Shown piece after piece: positions 9,254 to 19,436 of a DNA stretch of 64,000 nucleotides. This DNA is from an uncultured Pseudoxanthomonas sp. Its GTDB lineage: Bacteria; Pseudomonadota; Gammaproteobacteria; Xanthomonadales; Xanthomonadaceae. A program made the position numbers and the translations under genes. Each line of letters begins with the position of its first letter. Within the stretch, counting starts at the first letter, position 1. Below the pieces are notes generated by a model that did not search any database, was not told where the DNA came from, and worked only from the letters and a program-made list of their open reading frames with translations. Location of the stretch: assembly GCA_964425695.1 (NCBI GenBank), contig CAYRNF010000001.1:395093-459092 (forward strand), in the 5' to 3' direction.

Positions 9254-11401
9254 TCAGTCGGCGTCGATCATGCGGAACGTGCCGGTGCTCGGCTGGCCGT
9301 GTTCGAAGCTCATGGACAGCATGTCCTCGATCACCGAACCGCCGTGGTTATCGTCGGACAGCACGCCGAAGACCTCGTCCGGCGTCTTGCACACCGCCAG
9401 TCGTTCCTGGGTCGAGGACCACCACGGGGTCTCGAGCCCGCTGTCCAGGTTGTCCAGCTTCTCCTGGCCCTGCAGCAACACCACCGATTCGCGCGCGCGA
9501 TCGCGCATCTCCAGCAGCTGCTGGCTGGTGAACTGCATCTGCGCATGCTGCGGGCCGTCGAACTCGCGGTTGACCTGGTCGTTGTTGTACGACGCGTTGA
9601 GGTACGAGGCCAGCACCGGATCCAGGTTGGCGCGTACGATGCTCCACTGCGTCGTGGCCGGGTCGAGGTCGCCGTCCGCGCCCAGCGTGCCGCGCACGTC
9701 GGTGGTCACGCCGCTGGTGGACGTGTAGGTGTTGGCGTATTCCACCGTGCCGTCCGCCCAGGTCGTCTGGGTGATCGTGCCGTTGGCGTCGCTGGAGCCG
9801 CCCAGGCTCAGTCCGCCCACCTGCAGGCCGATGAAGCTCGCGTACTCGTGCGAGAAGATCTCGGTAGTGCCGGACTGCTGCACGCCGGGCGGCGACCACT
9901 CGGGCACGCGGCCGCCGCTGACGAAGGCCTGGTATGCGGCCTGGCCTTCGGCGGTGGACAGGTCGATGCGCGCGATCCGCATGTCGCGCGTCTCCATGCT
10001 CAGGTCGCTGCCCACGCCCACCGCCAGCGTGCCCTGCCGGCCCAGGCCCAGGAAGGCGCTGTTCTCCACGGTGTCCACCGGGCCGGAGTACACCTCCACG
10101 ATCGAACCCTCGCCACGGGTGATGCCGAAGCCCTGGCCCGACAGCTCGGTGTGGGTGCCGCCCACGGTGAACGCCTTGTAGTTGGCCTCGAACGTGCTGC
10201 CCTGCAGCGTCTGCCCGCGCATCAGCACGGACGTGCCCGGCGCCATGGCCAGCGGATCGAGCGGGTTGGGCAGGCCGTCGGTGTTGCCCGCATCCAGCAG
10301 CGCGCCCTGTTGCGGCGTGACCACCGCCTCGTAGCTCAGGCGCGCGCCCTCGAACGTGCCGTAGGAACCGGACACCGGCAGCCCCTTCAGCACGCGCTGC
10401 AGGGCGGGAATGTCGTCCACGTAGTTGCGCGCGTTGCGGATCGCGCCGTCGAGCTGGTTGAAGCCGGGCACGCCGTCCAACCGGGTGCTGGCCCAGTCCG
10501 GCAGGTTCTGCAGCCGGTCGCTCCACTTGTACAGGCTCTGCGGCAGCGAGCGGCTCAGGTCGAAGGTGGTGCCCGACTGGGTCTGCACCGATGCCTCGAA
10601 CTGCTGGGTCTGGCGGAAGTTCACGCCGGTCTGCACGTCGCCCAGCTCGACCTTGCCGATCACGTCCACGTTGTACTGCACGTTCGGACCGACCAGGTTG
10701 GGCGTGCCCACGCCCGCGCCGGTGTGGAAGCTCACCTGCGAACCGGGATTGACCAGCATGCCGAGCATGTCGTCGGGCATGGTGCCCAGCAGCGCGCGGC
10801 CGGCATCGAGCAGTTCCGGCGAGGCGTCCGCCGGCAGCTGCACGCCGACCAGCTCCAGCGCGCCGCGCACCTGCTCCGGCGTGAACCGGCCCACGTCCGT
10901 GCCGCCGGCGGTGGTGCCGGGCGTGAGATAGGCCGGGATCCGGTCGGGATTCGCCTGGGCCTCGGTCACCACGCGGCGCAGTTCGGCCACGTAGGGGCTG
11001 GATTCGTAGGTGGTGAGCGCCTGCTCGTACTCGTGGTTAGCGGTGGTGCCGTTCAGGCCGCTGTCCGTGTAGTCGCTGCGCTGCGGGGCGAAGCGGTCCA
11101 GCGCGGCCTGCGCGGCCTCTGCGCGTGTCGCGTTGAACACGCCCACGCGCTGCGCGTGCACCACCTCCTGGGTGTCCATCGGCATCCCGGACAGGTCGGC
11201 GCGGCTGGGCACCGGCAGCGCCTGCAACGCCGTCACCGCCTCGGCGGGCGTGCGTGCCTGTTCCACGCCGGGCATGGGCTGCGGTTCGGGCGTGGGATCC
11301 ACGTGGCGCGCGATGTAGCTCTCGCGGATCGCCGCCTGGTCCTCGGGCGGCAGGTGGTGGTAGGTCTGCGAGTTGACGCCGTAGATCGTATTGCCGCTCA
11401 T
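9254..11401 (-). CDS. Large hypothetical protein (715 aa) with no signal peptide and no TM; Gly/Thr/Ser-rich
   Basis: This is a single long ORF. The upstream part of the raw ORF overlaps the neighbouring hydrolase, so the start was placed at MSGNTIYGVNSQ. No recognisable catalytic motif was seen by eye. Confidence 0.55.
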   Translation of the reverse strand: MSGNTIYGVNSQTYHHLPPEDQAAIRESYIARHVDPTPEPQPMPGVEQARTPAEAVTALQALPVPSRADLSGMPMDTQEVVHAQRVGVFNATRAEAAQAALDRFAPQRSDYTDSGLNGTTANHEYEQALTTYESSPYVAELRRVVTEAQANPDRIPAYLTPGTTAGGTDVGRFTPEQVRGALELVGVQLPADASPELLDAGRALLGTMPDDMLGMLVNPGSQVSFHTGAGVGTPNLVGPNVQYNVDVIGKVELGDVQTGVNFRQTQQFEASVQTQSGTTFDLSRSLPQSLYKWSDRLQNLPDWASTRLDGVPGFNQLDGAIRNARNYVDDIPALQRVLKGLPVSGSYGTFEGARLSYEAVVTPQQGALLDAGNTDGLPNPLDPLAMAPGTSVLMRGQTLQGSTFEANYKAFTVGGTHTELSGQGFGITRGEGSIVEVYSGPVDTVENSAFLGLGRQGTLAVGVGSDLSMETRDMRIARIDLSTAEGQAAYQAFVSGGRVPEWSPPGVQQSGTTEIFSHEYASFIGLQVGGLSLGGSSDANGTITQTTWADGTVEYANTYTSTSGVTTDVRGTLGADGDLDPATTQWSIVRANLDPVLASYLNASYNNDQVNREFDGPQHAQMQFTSQQLLEMRDRARESVVLLQGQEKLDNLDSGLETPWWSSTQERLAVCKTPDEVFGVLSDDNHGGSVIEDMLSMSFEHGQPSTGTFRMIDAD

Positions 11402-11492
11402 GCGCGTGGTCCGTGCGGGTATCCCCGGAGATGCTAGGCAGGCGCGTCGCGCGCTGCCATCCGGGGCGCACCCTAGGGTCGTCCGCGCTGCA

Positions 11493-12734
11493 TCACTCGT
11501 CGCGGGCGAGCCGCTCCTCGATCGCGGTGAACGCCGAACGCGTCCCGGGCGCCGCGTCGGGCATGCCGGTGGCGAAATAGACCACGCCGGTGCCGGTGGC
11601 CGGATCCACCCACAGCCCGCCCTTGAGTCCGTACGCATCGCCGCTGTGCCCGATGCGCGCCACGCCGTCGCCGAACGGATCGTCGCGGCAGCCCGGCGCA
11701 CGCGTGGCCAGGGTCTGCACGGCCAGCCCGTAGCTGCAGAAGAAGCCGCCGTCGCCGCCTTCGCCGGTCACGCCGTTGCGGCCGTCGTAGGTCCACGCGG
11801 GCGCGACGAGGGTGCGCACCGACGCGGGCGTGAGCAGCCGCACGCCATCCAGCTCGCCTTCGCCCAGCAGCAGCCGGCCGATCCGGGCCAGGCCGTTGGC
11901 GGAAATGCGCAGCCCGCCCTGGGGCGAGAACAGGGCGCCATTGGCGCCGGCCTTCCAGCGCGACAGGTCGCAGCTGCCGTCGCGCGCGGGGTTGGTGGGG
12001 CACGCGGGCGCCCGGCCGCGATGGTCGTCGCGCACCGGCTGGCGCTGCGCGTCGTACTGCACCACCGCGCGCGCCGCGGCCGCCTCGCTGCAGGCGGCCC
12101 AGTTGAAGCAGGCGTCCAGCTGCAGCGGCGCCAGCACCAGCCGCTGCATGAGCAGGTCGAAGCGTTCGCCCGTGGCGCGTTCCATCGCCGCGGCGACCAG
12201 CGGGAAATTGAGGTTGGTGTAGCGGAAGAACGTACCGGGGGCGTGCTCGGCGTCCCACGCGCGCGGGTCGTCCAGGATGTCCTTGAGCTCGCCGTCCAGC
12301 GGCACCGCGTAGTAGCCCGCCGCGTCGGTGAGCCCCGACCGGTGCGACAGCAGCAGGCGCAGCGTGACCGGCGTGTCCGGGTAGCGCGGATGGCGCAGCG
12401 TGTAGCCGAGCAGGGGCGAGACGTCCGCATCCAGGTCCAGCGTGCCGGCTTCGACCAGGCGCATCACGCCGATGGCGACGACCAGCTTGGAGATCGAGGC
12501 GATGCGCACCGGGTCGTCGGCGGTCAGCGCACGCTGCGCGGCGAGATCCGCATGGCCCTGCAGGCGCGTGGCGGTCACGCCGTTGCGGTCGAAGGCGATG
12601 CGCGCGCTGGCGACCGGGGTGTCGCGGGCCGCCGCCGTGCCGACGGCAGGCGCCGGGACCTGCGCCACGGGAACCGGCGCATGTGCGCAGGCGGCAAGGG
12701 ACAGCAGAAGCGGAACAAGGCTGCGCGCGGGCAT
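11493..12734 (-). CDS. Serine hydrolase, beta-lactamase family (lipoprotein)
   Basis: Signal [19 protein letters not shown]. SxxK motif SISK. Shows beta-lactamase/transpeptidase fold hallmarks. Confidence 0.75.
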   Translation of the reverse strand: MPARSLVPLLLSLAACAHAPVPVAQVPAPAVGTAAARDTPVASARIAFDRNGVTATRLQGHADLAAQRALTADDPVRIASISKLVVAIGVMRLVEAGTLDLDADVSPLLGYTLRHPRYPDTPVTLRLLLSHRSGLTDAAGYYAVPLDGELKDILDDPRAWDAEHAPGTFFRYTNLNFPLVAAAMERATGERFDLLMQRLVLAPLQLDACFNWAACSEAAAARAVVQYDAQRQPVRDDHRGRAPACPTNPARDGSCDLSRWKAGANGALFSPQGGLRISANGLARIGRLLLGEGELDGVRLLTPASVRTLVAPAWTYDGRNGVTGEGGDGGFFCSYGLAVQTLATRAPGCRDDPFGDGVARIGHSGDAYGLKGGLWVDPATGTGVVYFATGMPDAAPGTRSAFTAIEERLARDE

Positions 12735-12818
12735 GGCGTCTCCGTCGGTCGGCCCGGCCACGGCCGGAACGCGGCTTACGGTAACCGCACCCGGCGCAGG
12801 TACGCACGCCCGCGGGCG

Positions 12819-13832
12819 TCAGCCGCGCAGCGCGTCCTTGGCCAGGCTCAGGGCATCGTCGGCGCGCAGGAACACCTCGTCCAGCGGCTCGTCCGCGCGC
12901 CGGCTCTCGGCGGCACCGACCAAGATGCGCGCACCGGTGGCGCCCGCATGCCGGGCCACGAACGCTTCCACCCGCTGCAGGATGTCGCCGTTGCCGGCGG
13001 CGTCGCAGACCAGGGTGCACTCGGGGCTGCCGGGCGTGCGCGAGATCGCGGCCGCGCATCCGGCGGGCAGCAGCAGCGCCAGCGATTCCTCCAGCGACAG
13101 CAGCGACTGCTCAACCGCGGCCGCGCCCTCGCGGCGGACCAGGCCGGCGTGGTCCTGCAGTTCCACGATGACGGCCACGAACCCGCCCTTGCCGTCGCCG
13201 CCGGTGGCCGGCGCGGTGCGCGTGGCTTGCCGCGCGGCTTCCATCGCCTGCTGCTGGAGGCTGCGGTGCCGTGCGCGCTCTTCCATCAGCCCCATGGTGA
13301 TGCGCGCCAGGGCGCGCAGCGCGCTGCGCTGGGCCTCGTTGAGCGCGCGCGGCTGGTGGTCGATCACGCAGACCGTGCCGATGGCGTGGCCGTCCGGCGT
13401 GACCAGCGGCATGCCGGCGTAGAAGCGCATGCCGCCGTCGCCGGCGACCAGCGGATTGGCCGCGAAGCGGGCGTCGCGCGACAGGTCGGCGATCTCGAAC
13501 AGCTCGTCCTTGTTGCGGATCGCGTGGTCGCACACGGCGATGTCGCGCGCGGTGCTGGCATCGTCCAGCCCGGTGCGGGCCTTGAACCACTGGCGGTCGC
13601 GGTCGATCAGCGATACCAGCGCGATCGGCGTGCCGCACAGCGCGGCCGCCACGTGCACGATGTCGTCGTAGACGCCCTCGGGCAGCGAATCGACGATGTG
13701 GTAACCGTCCAGCGCGCGCTGGCGGGAGGCTTCGAGCCCGGCGTCGGCTGACGCGCTGGAGGATGGCGCCACGAGGTCGTCGCCGGCGGGAGGGGACGCG
13801 AGTCTACGCGAGGCCTGCGACACGCGGCACAC
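12819..13832 (-). CDS. GAF domain-containing protein
   Basis: A GAF-like core ALCGTPIALVSLIDRDRQWFKARTGLD...RFYAGMPLVTPDGHAIGTVCVIDHQPR. There is no in-frame ATG after the msrB stop, so the start is uncertain (GTG candidates at 13832, 13823 or 13772). Confidence 0.55.
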   Translation of the reverse strand: MCRVSQASRRLASPPAGDDLVAPSSSASADAGLEASRQRALDGYHIVDSLPEGVYDDIVHVAAALCGTPIALVSLIDRDRQWFKARTGLDDASTARDIAVCDHAIRNKDELFEIADLSRDARFAANPLVAGDGGMRFYAGMPLVTPDGHAIGTVCVIDHQPRALNEAQRSALRALARITMGLMEERARHRSLQQQAMEAARQATRTAPATGGDGKGGFVAVIVELQDHAGLVRREGAAAVEQSLLSLEESLALLLPAGCAAAISRTPGSPECTLVCDAAGNGDILQRVEAFVARHAGATGARILVGAAESRRADEPLDEVFLRADDALSLAKDALRG

Positions 13833-13864
13833 CAGCGCGCGTGCAGGGCGGCGCGCGGGGGGCG

Positions 13865-14332
13865 TCAGTCGGCGGGCGCGGCTTCGGCACCGCCCCGGCG
13901 CAGCGGGTCGGGCAGCGGTTCGCCGGAGGCGACGAACACGAGCGACACCGAGTTGAGGCAGTGGCGCTCGCCGGTGGGCGGCGGACCGTCCGGGAACACG
14001 TGGCCCAGGTGGCTGCCGCAGCGCGCGCACACGATCTCGGTGCGCACCATGCCGTAGCTGGTGTCGCGGATCTCGCCGATGTGCGCACGGTCGAACGGCT
14101 CGAAGAAGCTGGGCCACCCGGTGCCGGAATCGAACTTGGCATTGGAGCGGAACAGCGGCAGCCCGCACAGGCGGCAGGCATAGACGCCGTCGCGCTTGTT
14201 GTCCAGGAACGCGCCGCAGAACGGCGCCTCGGTGCCGTGCTGCAGCAGCACGCGACGTTCGTCCGGCGACAGCCCGGCCTCCAGCGCGGCGCGTTGCGCC
14301 TGGTCCGGCGCAGTCAGGTCGTAGCGGCTCAT
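13865..14332 (-). CDS. msrB: Peptide-methionine (R)-S-oxide reductase
   Basis: Two CxxC zinc motifs ([19 protein letters not shown]; [12 protein letters not shown]) and the SelR catalytic region. Confidence 0.9.
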   Translation of the reverse strand: MSRYDLTAPDQAQRAALEAGLSPDERRVLLQHGTEAPFCGAFLDNKRDGVYACRLCGLPLFRSNAKFDSGTGWPSFFEPFDRAHIGEIRDTSYGMVRTEIVCARCGSHLGHVFPDGPPPTGERHCLNSVSLVFVASGEPLPDPLRRGGAEAAPAD

Positions 14333-14489
14333 GGCAGGTTCCGGCAGGGGATCGCCGCGATCTTATCCATGCCGCTCCCGGTACCGCCTCACGCGGCGCG
14401 CACGGGCGCATGTGGGGGCAATGGCGGCCCTGTGCACGCCGCGCTCACCGGCGTTGAACGCATGCGGGCGCACCCTCGGCGCACATCCG

Positions 14490-15041
14490 ATGCTGAGGCA
14501 CCCCATGCCACACACCCACACCCGGACGCTCGCCATGACGCTGGCGACAGGCCTGGCCGCGTTGTTCGCCGGAAACGAAGGCCACGCGCAGGAAGCGGTT
14601 TCGCCACCGGCGGCCGCCGCTCCGCAAGCACAGATGCCGCCCGCTCCCGAACAGGCGCCGGCCCAGCCGTCCGCGCCCACGGCCCCTGCGCCCGCACCGG
14701 ACCCGGCCGATGCCGCGCTGCGGCGCCTGGATCGCGACGGCAACGGCACGGTGTCGGCGCAGGAGCATGCGGCCGATGCCAAGGCCCGTTTCGACGCGAT
14801 GGACGCGGACAACAACTACCACGTGTCCGCGCAGGAAATGGAAGACGCCAAGGCGCGGGTCGCTGGGTCGGCCGACACCGGCGCGATGGGCGCCGCACTG
14901 CCGGCCGCCGATCCCAACGACAACGGCGAGCTGTCCACCAGCGAAGCCGACGCCAACGCGCAGCGCGAGTTCCGAGCGCTGGATGCGAACGGCGACGGGA
15001 AGCTGGAACGTTCCGAACTGGAGCGCGCCGCCACGCCGTGA
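14490..15041 (+). CDS. Secreted EF-hand calcium-binding protein
   Basis: Signal peptide followed by four DxDxDG-type loops: DRDGNGTVS, DADNNYHVS, DPNDNGELS and DANGDGKLE. Confidence 0.7.
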   Translation: MLRHPMPHTHTRTLAMTLATGLAALFAGNEGHAQEAVSPPAAAAPQAQMPPAPEQAPAQPSAPTAPAPAPDPADAALRRLDRDGNGTVSAQEHAADAKARFDAMDADNNYHVSAQEMEDAKARVAGSADTGAMGAALPAADPNDNGELSTSEADANAQREFRALDANGDGKLERSELERAATP

Positions 15042-15165
15042 TCGCGGCGCGCGCGGCGCCCGCCTCCAACTGCGGCCTCCGGGCGGACCGCGCGGGGCTC
15101 AAGTTCCTGACGCAGGCGGCTGCGCACGCAGCCGCTGCATACGCTGCGCTGGACCGTGCGCGGCG

Positions 15166-15954
15166 TCAGTCGGCGCGCGCGGGGTTGGGCAGCAGTCCGC
15201 CCGGATGCTTGCGGCGCAGCCACACCGTCTGCAGGGCGAGCACCACCGCAATGCCCACCGCGACCCAGGCGGCCACGTCGGCCCCGGGCAGGTCCCAGCT
15301 GGACTGCTTCACGTACACCGCGATCAGCCCCCACAGCGCCGCGCCCGCGTAGTCGATATTGCCGCGCATGCGCATGTTGACGAACAGCAGCAGCGCCGCG
15401 GCCGCGGCGAACAGCACCAGGCTCCACGGCAGCATGTCGCCGGTGGGCAGCAGTTGGTGCGCCACGATCACCTGGGCCAGGTTGAGGAACGCGGCCAGCG
15501 ACAGCCAGCCGGCGTGCAGCGACAGCGGCGTCCACGCCCACAGCCACTGGCCCTCCTGCGGCGTATGGTCGTGCGACAGGACCATCGCGCAGCGCACCAG
15601 GCAGAACAGGGCGCCGAAGATCACCAGCAGGCAGGCCCAGTACAGCCCGTTATCGGGCGTGCCCATGGAGAACAGCGGCATCCACGCCGCGGTCAGCGCA
15701 AAGCCGCCGGCGGCCCACGGCGCGACGTGGGCCACGGTGGGGTCGGTCCTGCGCTCGCCGGTGGCCTGCCAGATGCCGTACACCAGGTCGAGCAGGAAGA
15801 TCACGCCCCAGATCGCGAACGCGTAGCCGCTGGCCACCAGCAAGGTGGGGTACTGGTCGGACACGGTGCCGTTGTCGGGGCCGAACGCGCCGCGGTTGGA
15901 GAAGAACGCCACCACCGGCATGGCGATGGACAGCAGCAGCACGAGCAGGCGCAT
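15166..15954 (-). CDS. Trp-rich integral membrane protein (possibly TspO/MBR-related)
   Basis: Multi-TM and Trp-rich, but at 262 aa it is longer than canonical TspO. Confidence 0.5.
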   Translation of the reverse strand: MRLLVLLLSIAMPVVAFFSNRGAFGPDNGTVSDQYPTLLVASGYAFAIWGVIFLLDLVYGIWQATGERRTDPTVAHVAPWAAGGFALTAAWMPLFSMGTPDNGLYWACLLVIFGALFCLVRCAMVLSHDHTPQEGQWLWAWTPLSLHAGWLSLAAFLNLAQVIVAHQLLPTGDMLPWSLVLFAAAAALLLFVNMRMRGNIDYAGAALWGLIAVYVKQSSWDLPGADVAAWVAVGIAVVLALQTVWLRRKHPGGLLPNPARAD

Positions 15955-16127
15955 GGCGATCTCCGGGGCTTGGTCCGGCGCGCACGCTAGCAGGTCGGGG
16001 TGAGTGGCGCGTCGACGGGCCGGCGCCTTTGGCCCGGCAGCGCGGTGTCGATCCGGCCGGCGCAGGATCGTCGGGTGGCATGGACCGTTCCGCAGGCGCA
16101 GGCCCGCACCCGTTCGCCTCCAGTAGC

Positions 16128-17078
<951 letters not shown>

Positions 17079-17094
17079 AGGCCAACACAGAATC

Positions 17095-17435
17095 GCTGCG
17101 CGATCGCTGCGCGCGTCAGTGGCGCCATTTCGCGCTCAGGCCGTCCTTTTTCGAAGAGCGGAGACACGCAAATCTCCCCCGGCCCCTCTTTTTCAAAGAG
17201 GGGAGACAAGCTGCAGCCTTCGCACATCCTGTGTGGCGCGCGGCTCGCCGCCTTGCCTCCCCCTTCGAAGAAGGGGAAAAGAGGGGGGCTCGCTCTTGCG
17301 CGAGGGGTCACGCATTCGAAGGGGGGAGACAAGCGGCCGCCTTCGCGGACATTGCGTCGCGAGCGGCTCGCCGCTCTGCCTCCCCCTTTGAAAAAGGGGG
17401 ATTGAGGGGGATTTGCTCTTGCGTGAGGGGCCACG
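17095..17435. repeat. Intergenic array (~2.5 copies) of a ~125-bp palindromic repeat between the ABC ATPase and permease genes
   Basis: Recurring 'ggggagacaagc(g/t)gc(c/a)gccttcgc...gcgagcggctcgccg(c/t)ctgcctcccccttYgaaRaagggg' units with G/C-rich stem-loops. Confidence 0.6.
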
Positions 17436-17436
17436 C

Positions 17437-18198
17437 ATGAACCTGCACGCCATCCAGGCCATCTACCGCTTCGAAATGGCGCGCACGTTCCGCACCCTGT
17501 TCGAGTCGATCCTGTCGCCGGTGCTGTCGACCTCGCTGTACTTCATCGTGTTCGGCGCGGCTATCGGCTCGCGCATGGGCGAGGTGGGCGGGGTGAGCTA
17601 CGGCGCCTTCATCATCCCCGGCCTGATCATGCTGTCGCTGCTCAACGAGAGCATCTCCAACGCTTCGTTTGGTATCTACATGCCCAAGTGGGCCGGCACC
17701 ATCTACGAGCTGCTGTCCGCGCCGGTGTCGTGGGTGGAAACGGTCGTCGGCTACGTGGGCGCGGCGGCGACCAAGTCGCTGATGCTCGGCGTGCTGATCC
17801 TGGTCACCGCGCGCTTCTTCGTGGACTACGAGATCCAGCACCCGCTGTGGGTGCTGTGCTTCCTGGTGCTGACCGCGCTGAGCTTCAGCCTGTTCGGCTT
17901 CATCATCGGGCTGTGGGCGGACAGCTTCCAGCGCCTGCAGATCATTCCGCTGCTGGTGATGACGCCGCTGACCTTCCTGGGCGGCGCGTTCTATTCCATC
18001 GACATGTTGCCCGAGCCGTGGCGCACGGCGAGCCTGTTCAACCCGGTGGTCTACCTGATCAGCGGCATGCGCTGGAGCTTCTACGGGCAGAGCGACGTGG
18101 ACGTGGCGATCAGCGCCGCGGCCATCGTGGGTTTCCTGCTGGCGTGCCTGGGCACGGTGTACTGGATCTTCCGTACCGGCTGGCGCCTGAAGCAGTAG
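17437..18198 (+). CDS. ABC-2 type transporter permease
   Basis: [21 protein letters not shown]... with six TM segments, matching the ABC-2 family topology. Confidence 0.8.
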   Translation: MNLHAIQAIYRFEMARTFRTLFESILSPVLSTSLYFIVFGAAIGSRMGEVGGVSYGAFIIPGLIMLSLLNESISNASFGIYMPKWAGTIYELLSAPVSWVETVVGYVGAAATKSLMLGVLILVTARFFVDYEIQHPLWVLCFLVLTALSFSLFGFIIGLWADSFQRLQIIPLLVMTPLTFLGGAFYSIDMLPEPWRTASLFNPVVYLISGMRWSFYGQSDVDVAISAAAIVGFLLACLGTVYWIFRTGWRLKQ

Positions 18199-18203
18199 GT
18201 CGT

Positions 18204-18287
18204 GCGCAGGAGCCGCTTCAGCCGCGGGCTTCTGCGCCTTCCGATCGTCCCGCGCAGAGCTCGCGGCTCAAGCCGCTCCTACGGAAG
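18204..18287. repeat. REP element pair (gtaggagcggcttcagccgcga family, Xanthomonadaceae-type)
   Basis: 'gcaggagccgcttcagccgcggg' and 'ctcgcggctcaagccgctcctacgg' in inverted orientation. Confidence 0.6.
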
Positions 18288-18294
18288 CATCACC

Positions 18295-18669
18295 TCAGGC
18301 GCCTACGGCGCGGCGGACCTTGTCCGAATCACGCACCGGGCGGACCTCGATGCAGCCGGTCTGCGCCCACGGGATGTGGGTGGCGATTTCCACGGCTTCC
18401 TCCAGGCTGTCGGCCTCGATCAGGTTGAAGCCGGCCAGGATTTCCTTGGTCTCGGCGAACGGGCCGTCCAGCACCGTGGTCTTGCCGCCGCGGATGCGCA
18501 CCGCGCGCGCCGTGGCCGGCGTTTCGAGCTGGCGGAAGTCCTTCAGCTTGCCCTGTTCCCGCAGCGTGTCGGCGTGCTGCAGGCAGCCGCGCATGCGCGT
18601 GTTGTATTCCGCTTCGGGCAGGGCCTCGTGCAGTTCCGTGTCCGTGTAGACCAGCAGCAGGTATTCCAT
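18295..18669 (-). CDS. YciI-like (YCII-related) domain protein
   Basis: MEYLLLVYTDTE... with LDGPFAETKE and conserved His/Asp residues of the YciI family. Confidence 0.75.
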   Translation of the reverse strand: MEYLLLVYTDTELHEALPEAEYNTRMRGCLQHADTLREQGKLKDFRQLETPATARAVRIRGGKTTVLDGPFAETKEILAGFNLIEADSLEEAVEIATHIPWAQTGCIEVRPVRDSDKVRRAVGA

Positions 18670-18769
18670 GGCGCCTGTCGTGTCCTCGGGTGGGAGCCGC
18701 ATCCTAACCGACGCTCCCCGCGGCGCAGGCGACATAATCGGGGCCACGGGATGGCCGGGAGGGCGGACG

Positions 18770-19306
18770 ATGCGCGGCACACGCGGCAAGGTGGGTGGAA
18801 GGTGGCTGTGGCTGGCCTGCGCGGGCGCGGGCGCGCTGTGCGCGTGTACCGAACGCCCGGCACCGAAACCGGCGCCGGACGGCCCGCAGGGCGCGGCCGC
18901 GCAGGCGGCGGGGCCGCAGCGTCCGTCCGCTACCGGCGCAGGCGCGCCCGCCGCCACGCCGGATGCCTTCGACCAGCTGCTGCGCCTGCTGGACACCGAT
19001 CGCGACGGCCGCATCTCCGCCGACGAACACCGGCGCGGCGCGCGCGACATGTTCCGGCGCATGGACCGCGACGGCGACGGCAAGGTCACGGTCGAGGAGA
19101 TGGACGCGGTGCGACGTGGGCTGGACGCCGCCGAGGGCGCCTCGCGCGACCGGCTGCGCGAAGTGGACCGCGATGGGGACGGCGTGCTGGGCGAGGAGGA
19201 ACACCTGGCCGCCACGCGCGTGGTGTTCGACGCCAGCGATGCGAACGGCGACGGCCACCTCGAGCGCAGCGAGCCGGTGCGCGCGCAGCGGCCCGGCGGA
19301 GGCTGA
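18770..19306 (+). CDS. EF-hand calcium-binding lipoprotein (paralogue of 14490..15041)
   Basis: Lipobox LACAGAGALCAC. EF loops DTDRDGRIS, DRDGDGKVT, DRDGDGVLG and DANGDGHLE. Confidence 0.7.
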   Translation: MRGTRGKVGGRWLWLACAGAGALCACTERPAPKPAPDGPQGAAAQAAGPQRPSATGAGAPAATPDAFDQLLRLLDTDRDGRISADEHRRGARDMFRRMDRDGDGKVTVEEMDAVRRGLDAAEGASRDRLREVDRDGDGVLGEEEHLAATRVVFDASDANGDGHLERSEPVRAQRPGGG

Positions 19307-19436
19307 CCGGCGCGTGCCGCTGGGATCGGCGGCGTAGGGCTACCGCCTTCGGCCCGGGTGGCGGACCCGAAACGTTGCGTGGATGTTGCCCGGAACCCCG
19401 TGCGCTGCCGACCGCGCGCGTCCGATATCAGTCCGA

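Noticed and set aside
9221-11437. Plus-strand 738-aa ORF overlapping the 715-aa minus-strand gene
   Set aside because: Its translation is Arg/Ala/Gly/His-rich low-complexity, typical of the antisense frame in 70% GC DNA. The minus-strand frame has a balanced composition. It is treated as an artefact.
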